Below are positions 8,311-15,110 of a stretch of DNA of 15,110 nt, piece by piece (position 1 is the stretch's first letter; every line of letters starts with the position of its first letter). A program made the position numbers and the translations under genes. A model generated the notes under the pieces. That model did no database searches. It worked only from the letters and a program-made list of their open reading frames with translations, and was not told where the DNA came from. Location: assembly GCA_016839585.1 (NCBI GenBank), contig JAEOTZ010000087.1:1-15110 (forward strand), read 5' to 3'. The DNA comes from Promethearchaeota archaeon. Its GTDB lineage: Archaea > Asgardarchaeota > Lokiarchaeia > Sigyniarchaeales > SOKP01.

Positions 8311-8360
8311 AAGAATTATTTTATGAAGTCTTTTTTGATAAAGAAAATTCCATGGAATAA
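8311..8360 (+). repeat. Direct repeat copy 2: orphan remnant of the GNAT gene 3' end
   Basis: Encodes ELFYEVFFDKENSME* versus ELFYEVFFDKEDSTN* in the intact gene. The stop codon is at the same offset (1203 bp). Confidence 0.88.
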
Positions 8361-8409
8361 ATAAACAATATTTTTATCTTTCTTCTTTAATTATCAAATT
8401 TGTTGATTT

Positions 8410-9222
8410 ATGAGATTTAAATTTACAGATTTTCATGTTCACACAAGAGGTTGGAGTGTAGATGTTGCAGAAGATGGTCCTACTTTTGAAGACTATATAA
8501 AAGCTGCTGAAGAGCACCAAATTAATGTCTGTTTTCTTGATCATTATGAACTTTATTACATTGAAAATGATAAAGCCAATCCTTTTTATGGTGGTAAAAT
8601 TGATGATTATCTTGAAGAGATTGATAAATTTAAAGAAACATATGATTTTATACTCAGCGGTTTAGAAGTTGAATATTATGAGGATAAAGAGATTCAACTA
8701 CTTGAATTAATGGATGATTATCGGAAAGAATTTGATTTTATTGGAGGATCTATTCATGAATGGATCATTGGTTATCCAATTACAACAAAAGAGGGTTTAA
8801 CAAGCTTATTAGAAAAAAAGCCAATAAAACAAATTATTGATGAATATTTTAAAGTTAGTGAGAAATTGATTAATTCGAATATTTTTAAGAATATCTGTCA
8901 TATTGATACTATTTTTCGTTATATTAATAATAATGATTTAAAACCTACAGATGATTGTGACGTTTCTGATAATCGAATAATAAATTTAGGTCGTTTATGT
9001 ATAAAAAATAGAATCAAAATAGAATTGAACTTATCTGGATTGAAGTTTCCAATAAATAGGACATTTCCTTCCTTGCATGTTGCGAGCCAATTAAAAAATG
9101 AGGGAGGAGAATTTTTTGTAGGTTCTGATTCACATTCAATTGAATATTTCGAAAAACAAATTCCTGAAGTAAAAAAAGCATATAATTTTTTAAATACAAT
9201 TAAAAAAAATAAATTAATATAA
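8410..9222 (+). CDS. PHP-domain phosphoesterase, histidinol-phosphate phosphatase (HisJ/HisK)-like
   Basis: PHP metal-binding motifs DFHVHT, LDH, GLEVEY, GSIH, HID, IELN and VGSDSH. The substrate cannot be determined from sequence. Confidence 0.88.
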   Translation: MRFKFTDFHVHTRGWSVDVAEDGPTFEDYIKAAEEHQINVCFLDHYELYYIENDKANPFYGGKIDDYLEEIDKFKETYDFILSGLEVEYYEDKEIQLLELMDDYRKEFDFIGGSIHEWIIGYPITTKEGLTSLLEKKPIKQIIDEYFKVSEKLINSNIFKNICHIDTIFRYINNNDLKPTDDCDVSDNRIINLGRLCIKNRIKIELNLSGLKFPINRTFPSLHVASQLKNEGGEFFVGSDSHSIEYFEKQIPEVKKAYNFLNTIKKNKLI

Positions 9223-9224
9223 GC

Positions 9225-9941
9225 ATGGAATCAAGCGAATTTATATCAAGAGTGGATAAATGGGATCAAAAAATCATTCTGAAATATAATGGAATAGGAG
9301 GAAAGGTATTTACATATGTATTAAAGCCAATTTCATTTTTAGGGAGAGAGACATTATGGATTTCTTTAATAGCATTTTATTTATTAATATGGTATGACCC
9401 ATTTTTACTTGCACATTTCTCTGCTATATTCTTGAACGGATTTATTTTAATAATTTCAATTAAGCAAATGGTTAAAAGATCAAGACCTTTTGAAAGATTT
9501 AATGAAAATGAATTAAAAGTATTGGAACGTAAGCCCATTTCCAAGAGTTTTCCTTCTTGGCATTCATATAATGTTGTTTCTTATGGCTTGTTATTTGGTT
9601 TTTTACTAAATTCATTTTTGTTGATAATTCTTATGTTATGTATTGCTGTTGTAGTATCTTTTTCAAGAATTCAAATAGGAGTTCATTATCCTACTGACGT
9701 AATTTTTGGTTATATTCTGGGAATTATTGGCTTTATTTCTGCTATTTTTATAGTCTCTCCATTATTAAATATGCTCATAACATATTTAGAACAGTTTATT
9801 AAACAAGAAATTCAATACCAACAAATTAATACAATGCTATTTAGAAACTTCTGGTATCTATTTTTATGTGTCGTTATTTTTTTAGGGATATTTTTATTAG
9901 CTATATCACGAGTGATTAAAGAATATCTTAAAAAAAAGTAA
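9225..9941 (+). CDS. PAP2-family membrane phosphatase
   Basis: C1 KQMVKRSRP, C2 FPSWH and C3 SRIQIGVHYPTD, plus several hydrophobic segments. Starts 2 nt after the PHP stop, so probably co-transcribed. Confidence 0.9.
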   Translation: MESSEFISRVDKWDQKIILKYNGIGGKVFTYVLKPISFLGRETLWISLIAFYLLIWYDPFLLAHFSAIFLNGFILIISIKQMVKRSRPFERFNENELKVLERKPISKSFPSWHSYNVVSYGLLFGFLLNSFLLIILMLCIAVVVSFSRIQIGVHYPTDVIFGYILGIIGFISAIFIVSPLLNMLITYLEQFIKQEIQYQQINTMLFRNFWYLFLCVVIFLGIFLLAISRVIKEYLKKK

Positions 9942-9950
9942 TACGTGATT

Positions 9951-11222
9951 CTAAAGGTCTAAGCGTTTTTTCTTCGCAAACAAGTCTTTTAATTCATCTA
10001 GAACCCGTAATCTTGTATTTTCCCTTGCTCCTACTTTAGCTTGATCTGGGTTAGCAATTCCTATTGGTACGCCACTTTGAGCCATTTGAAATGCTCCTGA
10101 TTCTATAGCTCGAAGGCGGCTATCGATATCATTTAATTGTTTAGCCAAACTTTCAGAGAGCCGTATAATGACATTCATCGTTTCTTCTAATGTCTTACCA
10201 AGACCATCTACCTTTCTAAGTGTGGGATCAGCTAAAGAATGAGTATCACTCATTATTTTTTTTATATATTTAGCAAATTGAGGTTCATGGGAAATCATTG
10301 AATAGATAGAAGTTAAATAAATCTCTACATCAAAAGTAAAATCTTTCTTTTGATATAGTTGATTTAATTTCTCCTTTAAGAGCTCAATATTCAATAAAAT
10401 TTCAGGATCTTTCTTCAAATCAGGATCAAATTTGTGTATAAAAACTATAATATATGGATTCTCTTCTAAGGCTATTATTAAATCAATAACTTTATCATAA
10501 TAGTCTAGTGCTTCATCAAATCTATCTGGATCTTGGACATCAATAACATAAATTAAAAGATCTAATTGTAAAAAGTATTGTTCTGGATTTTCTAAATATC
10601 TTGATCTGTATTCCTTTTGACCTCCTAAATCCCAGATATAGAGGGAAAGCTTGTCACTACCCACATTCATTCGATAAACTCCTTTTGTTGGCTGTGTCTT
10701 GATCAAATCACTTACACCTAAACGTCCTCCTAGTTTGGATAAGGAGGCTGTTTTGCCAGCATTATCTAGTCCTGCTACTACAATTTTTTGTGCTTGAGTT
10801 CCAAAGTCTTTTGTATCAGCTTCAAGATTTGTAATTATGGAACTTATTGTAATTGCTTTTTTCAAATTTCTTTCAAGTGTAGGATATTTTTCTTTAAGCT
10901 CCTCGATTTTTATTGATAAATTTTCTTTCATTTCAGATACTGTTGATGGATCCTCTGCATCTTCAAGGAATTTAATTATACTTTCAAACGGGTTTTCTTT
11001 GTTTAATTTTGAAATTTCACCAATCTTAGAAATTTCTAACAATTCTTTTACAATATTTGATTCTTCTTTATTTAAGAATTTAAATGAATGAATTGGTAAT
11101 TTTAAAATATCATCTAAAGTTTTTAGTTTGTTAATCTTAGAATCTTTAGGATCTAAGAATTTAGAAAATACATTTATCACACTAGAAAAATCTGTTTCCG
11201 TTTTAGCCATTTTAGTAATCAA
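9951..11222 (-). CDS. Arf/Rag-like small GTPase with N-terminal helical extension and C-terminal coiled coil (start may be ATG at 11210 rather than TTG at 11222)
   Basis: G1 GLDNAGKT (10749-10772), G2 PTKG, G3 WDLGGQ (10617-10634), G4 HKFD (10425-10436), G5 TSI. Confidence 0.92.
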   Translation of the reverse strand: MITKMAKTETDFSSVINVFSKFLDPKDSKINKLKTLDDILKLPIHSFKFLNKEESNIVKELLEISKIGEISKLNKENPFESIIKFLEDAEDPSTVSEMKENLSIKIEELKEKYPTLERNLKKAITISSIITNLEADTKDFGTQAQKIVVAGLDNAGKTASLSKLGGRLGVSDLIKTQPTKGVYRMNVGSDKLSLYIWDLGGQKEYRSRYLENPEQYFLQLDLLIYVIDVQDPDRFDEALDYYDKVIDLIIALEENPYIIVFIHKFDPDLKKDPEILLNIELLKEKLNQLYQKKDFTFDVEIYLTSIYSMISHEPQFAKYIKKIMSDTHSLADPTLRKVDGLGKTLEETMNVIIRLSESLAKQLNDIDSRLRAIESGAFQMAQSGVPIGIANPDQAKVGARENTRLRVLDELKDLFAKKKRLDL

Positions 11223-11420
11223 ACTTTCTTTTTAATTATATAATGTTTAAATAATTTTTATTATTATTTATTAAACTTTTAAGATACTAGTTAAAAAGAT
11301 AAAGATTTAAATTTTCACACCCGTTTTTAATCTAGATCAAAATTTAAATATTTAGTATTTTTTAAATATAATACGAAGCAAGAAAAATTCCAATATAATC
11401 ATTTAATTCTTTAAATTATT
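11223..11420. promoter_or_regulatory. Divergent promoter region between the GTPase and tfb
   Basis: 198-bp AT-rich intergenic region with several TTTAAATA/TTTAAA TATA-like boxes (e.g. 11343-11350). Which are functional cannot be determined. Confidence 0.4.
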
Positions 11421-12344
11421 ATGCCATCACATTTTGAAGATGATGAATTTTTTGGGGATATAGGAGAGGAAGAACCCTCTTGTTGTGATAGTCCAAAACT
11501 GAGTCAGGAGGATGGATTCTATGTTTGCTTAAATTGTGGATTTGTATATTCGAGAATACTTGATGATAGCCCTCGCAGAGCTTTTACTCAAGAAGAGATC
11601 CAAAAAAGAAAAAGTAATGAAAGGGTTTACAGCCCAATTGGCCCAAGAACAATTATAAGAGGAAGTAGAGACGCTAGAGGAACATTATTAAGTCCAAAAT
11701 ATAAATCTAAATTTAATAGACTAGCTAAAATTCATAGATCGTTGACTACAAGTTATGAGAGAAATTTATGGATTGCGTTACCAAACCTACAACGCTTACA
11801 AAAAAGACTTGGAATTCCTGATACTGTTGCGGAGGATGCCCTTAGAATCTATACTCAAACTGTAAAAAAGAAATTAACAATGGGGAGAAGTATTGATACT
11901 TTACTTTCAGCTTCAATTTTCGCCGCCTTAAGAGTGCATGGTATTCCAAGAACAGTTGAAGAAATAACAAAGGTCGCACAGATACCAAAAAAGAAAGTTA
12001 TTAAAAGTTATAGACTAATACTCATGGAAGTACTTCCTAAATTAAATTTAAAAGTACAACATTTCTCGCCAATCCGTTATGTTGATAAATTTAATGATGA
12101 ATTAAAACTTTCTATGCAATGTAGAAATATAGCTGTTAAAATAATTGAAAAAGCTAAAGAAAGCGGATTTAACTCAGCAGGAAAAGACCCTAAAGGAATT
12201 GCTGCAGCAGCAATATATATTGGTTCAAAAATCTGCAATGAAAATCGAACTCAGAAGGAAATAAGCAAGTTAGCACGTGTTACTGAAGTTACTTTAAGAA
12301 TGAGAGTAAAAGATTTGCAAAAATATGCTAGCATTGTTGAATAA
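11421..12344 (+). CDS. tfb: Transcription initiation factor IIB (TFB), divergent paralog
   Basis: Zn ribbon CC...VCLNCG, two cyclin folds (GRSIDTLLSASIF, GIPRTVEEI; GKDPKGIAAAAIYI) and C-terminal HTH RTQKEI...VTEVTLR. Confidence 0.95.
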   Translation: MPSHFEDDEFFGDIGEEEPSCCDSPKLSQEDGFYVCLNCGFVYSRILDDSPRRAFTQEEIQKRKSNERVYSPIGPRTIIRGSRDARGTLLSPKYKSKFNRLAKIHRSLTTSYERNLWIALPNLQRLQKRLGIPDTVAEDALRIYTQTVKKKLTMGRSIDTLLSASIFAALRVHGIPRTVEEITKVAQIPKKKVIKSYRLILMEVLPKLNLKVQHFSPIRYVDKFNDELKLSMQCRNIAVKIIEKAKESGFNSAGKDPKGIAAAAIYIGSKICNENRTQKEISKLARVTEVTLRMRVKDLQKYASIVE

Positions 12345-12345
12345 T

Positions 12346-15110
12346 TTAAGATTCAGTTTTAAGTGAGATTAATTCTTTCTCTTCTTCAAATAATGGTAAA
12401 ATCTTTAGCATCTCATAAATTTTTGGCAAAAATTTATCCATTTTATATAATTTAACATCAATTAAAAACAAGATTAACAAGATATAAAAAGTATCTTCAA
12501 CTAACTTTCTATTTATTCCTAAACTATTTAAGAAATTATTCACGTTATCTCTAATGAGTTGTATAGATTCTCCTGCTTTTAATAAAGATAAACCATGGAG
12601 AAGTATTAATAGCGAACTAGTGTTATAATCTTGTCTTTTAGAAATTGTAATAGCTAAATCAAAATATTTTTTACCCGCTTTTTTGAATTCTTTTATTTCT
12701 AATAAGCCTAATACGTCAAGATAATATCGTTTTCTCATAGCTTTTCGTTTAATATAAAAATCAATTTTTTCTCTTCGGATATCTACTGTTTTAGATTTTA
12801 TTTTGGCAAATCTTTGATCTATTTCTATTTTAAATTTTTCTTCTACTTGCTTAACAGATTTTTCATGAATAACTTCTTTTTTGTAATCCTTACTTAAATA
12901 ATCATAAAGAATTTCCAATTCCTCTTCGAATAGTGGTAAATTCTCTATATAGGAGATTGCTTCTTTAAGTTTAGGTTCATCTTTAAGTTTCTCTAATTCT
13001 ATTATGTATTCTATTAATTTTATTGGAAAGCTTTCAGAAATAAGTCTCCATAAATTAGATAACTCTTTTTTAGTTTCATTTAATAGTTTAATAATTTCTT
13101 GAGTTTTATTTTGTTTCATCAGTATTAGACTAGCTAGAACTAAAGATACTCCAGCTAAATTATACTTTTTACGTTTATTAAATATGAAAATGTTATTTCT
13201 ATAAATTTCTAGAGCTTTATCGAATTCTTGATTCTTTATAAAATTTAAACCTTCTTCAAAATGTACCCTTTTTAGTCCTTTCCTCTCCTTAAATTCTTTT
13301 TCTCTATCTAATAAGGCTTCTTGTGCTTTACTTTTAATAATTGGTAATCTTTCCTTTAATATTTCTGCCTTCTTTTTTTCTTCTGCTTTTTTAGATTCAA
13401 AACCACTTTTTTCAGCCTCAAGTTTAGCAATTCTTTTATGGATTTCCTCTTTATATATCTTATCTTCAATTTTATCATTATATATATTAGCTTGATGCAG
13501 ATCATCTAAATCAATATATATTTCAGCAATCTTTTTATATACGTCATCCAAATTAATTTTTAATCGCTCTTCCTTTTCTAAATAAGCCGATGCAATATTC
13601 CGTATTTTTTTATCTAATTCTATTGCTTGATTAATCCCGGATAGGTTTTCTTCACGCTCCACAACGTTCAAAGCTTCTTTTTTAATAATTTTTATAAAAA
13701 GAAGGCTTATTTGTTTTGATTCATCATAAAGCATTTGATTTCTGAAAATTCTATTTGAATTCTCAAAAATACTTTCATTTCTTTTATAAGTCTCTTGTTT
13801 CTTAATTTCTTTCAATTTTAGGAGATATAAGGGATAAACTCCTGTTAAATACTTTTTTTTCATATCTTCTGTAAGATGTTCATATAAGACAAAAAAATCT
13901 TTAAAAATTTTTGCACGTAATAATACATCTAGAGATTTTGTTAAGATTTGATCACCAATATCTTCTTTGCCAATCATTTTAAGATAAGTAGCTTGATTTT
14001 TAAGAATATTTGCTGCATTTAAATGTTCATTTAGCTCAATTAATTTATTAACTTCTTTGAATTTCTGAGAATTCATGTCCACAATAATATTTAATTCAGC
14101 TTCTATAAATTCACCTAGTAAATCTACTCCTTTTTTAATATTTTCCTCTATTTCCTTTTTCTTTGATACTTTATACTGATCTTCTGCTATTGAACTTAAT
14201 TTTGTTATCTTTTTCTTTAACTTTAAAGAACTTAATTTACTAATTAAAATTGTAGAAATACCAAAATTATATTCTTTAAGAAATAAGGTTATCAATTTTT
14301 CCAATATTGAATCTAGATTTTTCTTTTCTACGTTATATGATTCCCACATATTTTCAATTTCATCATAAGTATGTTTTGCAGCATAAATCTCATTTTGATT
14401 AACCTGTTCTTTTAAGAGTCTTATTAATATATCGCTTAATTTTTCTGTTAATTTTTCTATTTCTTCATATAATCCCTCGCGTTGGTATTTATCTATAGCT
14501 CGATATAACTGTTCTGTTGCCGATTCAAAATCATTTATACTTACTAGGAAATCTCCTTCATCTCTAACTTTTTCTGAGATCTCCTTCAGTATAGTCAACA
14601 TTTCTTTATGGGACAAACTTTCAAGAATTCTAAATGCATTTTCAACCCTACAAGCGGAAATCCAAGAATTAATAGATAATCTAAAAGCCTCATGAATTAT
14701 TTTACCATCTTGTAATTCAATGCTGGACCATTGTGCCGCTTTTTCATATATTTTCGCTGCTTCTTCATATTTTCCCTTATTAAATAACCGATTACCATCA
14801 GTAATCATTGCTTCAGCATATAGCTTTTTATAATTTATTGATTTCCTTCTGTCAACTTTTTCTAAGATTTTACTCGCTTCTAAATATAAGTTGAGTTTTG
14901 AATAAAGATAAGCTGCTTGCTCACTAAGGATAAAATAATCTTCTTTATTATAAATATCGGCAATAAGAGCTGCTTTTTTTACAGCTTGAGCAGCATAATA
15001 ATAATTTTTGTTATCATAGTAAATATTTGCCATTTGGATAAATATTGGAAATCTCATCCATGCATTTTCAATATTTAATGGAGAATCACCATTAATCATA
15101 GCTAAACATA
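12346..15110 (-). CDS. Large alpha-solenoid (TPR/SNAP-like) protein with a duplicated C-terminal module; probably 5'-partial
   Basis: At least 917 aa of predicted helical sequence with TPR-like segments (GNRLFNKGKYEEAAKIYEKAA; GLNFIKNQEFDKALEIY). The frame stays open upstream of ATG 15099 (codons C-L-A) to the window edge. Confidence 0.8.
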   Translation of the reverse strand, partial: CLAMINGDSPLNIENAWMRFPIFIQMANIYYDNKNYYYAAQAVKKAALIADIYNKEDYFILSEQAAYLYSKLNLYLEASKILEKVDRRKSINYKKLYAEAMITDGNRLFNKGKYEEAAKIYEKAAQWSSIELQDGKIIHEAFRLSINSWISACRVENAFRILESLSHKEMLTILKEISEKVRDEGDFLVSINDFESATEQLYRAIDKYQREGLYEEIEKLTEKLSDILIRLLKEQVNQNEIYAAKHTYDEIENMWESYNVEKKNLDSILEKLITLFLKEYNFGISTILISKLSSLKLKKKITKLSSIAEDQYKVSKKKEIEENIKKGVDLLGEFIEAELNIIVDMNSQKFKEVNKLIELNEHLNAANILKNQATYLKMIGKEDIGDQILTKSLDVLLRAKIFKDFFVLYEHLTEDMKKKYLTGVYPLYLLKLKEIKKQETYKRNESIFENSNRIFRNQMLYDESKQISLLFIKIIKKEALNVVEREENLSGINQAIELDKKIRNIASAYLEKEERLKINLDDVYKKIAEIYIDLDDLHQANIYNDKIEDKIYKEEIHKRIAKLEAEKSGFESKKAEEKKKAEILKERLPIIKSKAQEALLDREKEFKERKGLKRVHFEEGLNFIKNQEFDKALEIYRNNIFIFNKRKKYNLAGVSLVLASLILMKQNKTQEIIKLLNETKKELSNLWRLISESFPIKLIEYIIELEKLKDEPKLKEAISYIENLPLFEEELEILYDYLSKDYKKEVIHEKSVKQVEEKFKIEIDQRFAKIKSKTVDIRREKIDFYIKRKAMRKRYYLDVLGLLEIKEFKKAGKKYFDLAITISKRQDYNTSSLLILLHGLSLLKAGESIQLIRDNVNNFLNSLGINRKLVEDTFYILLILFLIDVKLYKMDKFLPKIYEMLKILPLFEEEKELISLKTES

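Noticed and set aside
7108-8360. IS/transposon or CRISPR interpretation of the direct repeat
   Set aside because: Only two copies, no spacer array, no terminal inverted repeats, and no transposase or integrase in the window.
9014-9199. 61-aa minus-strand ORF
   Set aside because: Antisense to the PHP gene, with no supporting features.
10837-11091. 84-aa plus-strand ORF
   Set aside because: Ser/Phe/Ile-rich antisense shadow of the Lys/Glu-rich GTPase N-terminus.
1-15110. tRNA, rRNA or structured ncRNA genes
   Set aside because: All intergenic regions are short and very AT-rich, with no GC-rich stems or tRNA motifs seen by eye.

Overview
AT-rich, gene-dense archaeal window. It most likely comes from an Asgard archaeon (Lokiarchaeia-like), inferred from a divergent TFB, an Arf/Rag-like small GTPase with GLDNAGKT/WDLGGQ motifs, a long SNAP/TPR-like solenoid protein and a GGTGA-type Shine-Dalgarno site. 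Nine CDS are supported: a 978-aa multidomain LAGLIDADG protein; acetyl-CoA synthetase (acs), divergent from a CoA-transferase-like/GNAT fusion; an MBL-fold hydrolase; a PHP phosphatase; a PAP2 phosphatase; a small GTPase with N- and C-terminal extensions; TFB; and a probably 5'-truncated alpha-solenoid protein. The main candidates for new biology are: (1) acs paired head-to-head with a Pat-like GNAT whose CoA-transferase domain lacks the catalytic Glu, suggesting a new acyl-CoA-sensing ACS acetylation switch; (2) an apparently intein-free LAGLIDADG endonuclease inside a Zn-ribbon / three helical repeats / two putative winged-helix scaffold; (3) the MBL gene lying between two copies of the GNAT gene's 3' end (1203-bp offset) and apparently starting at ATA; (4) a GTPase ending in a coiled coil plus an Ena/VASP F-actin-binding-like motif. 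No RNA genes, CRISPR arrays or transposases were seen. All family assignments come from motif recognition by eye, not from database searches.
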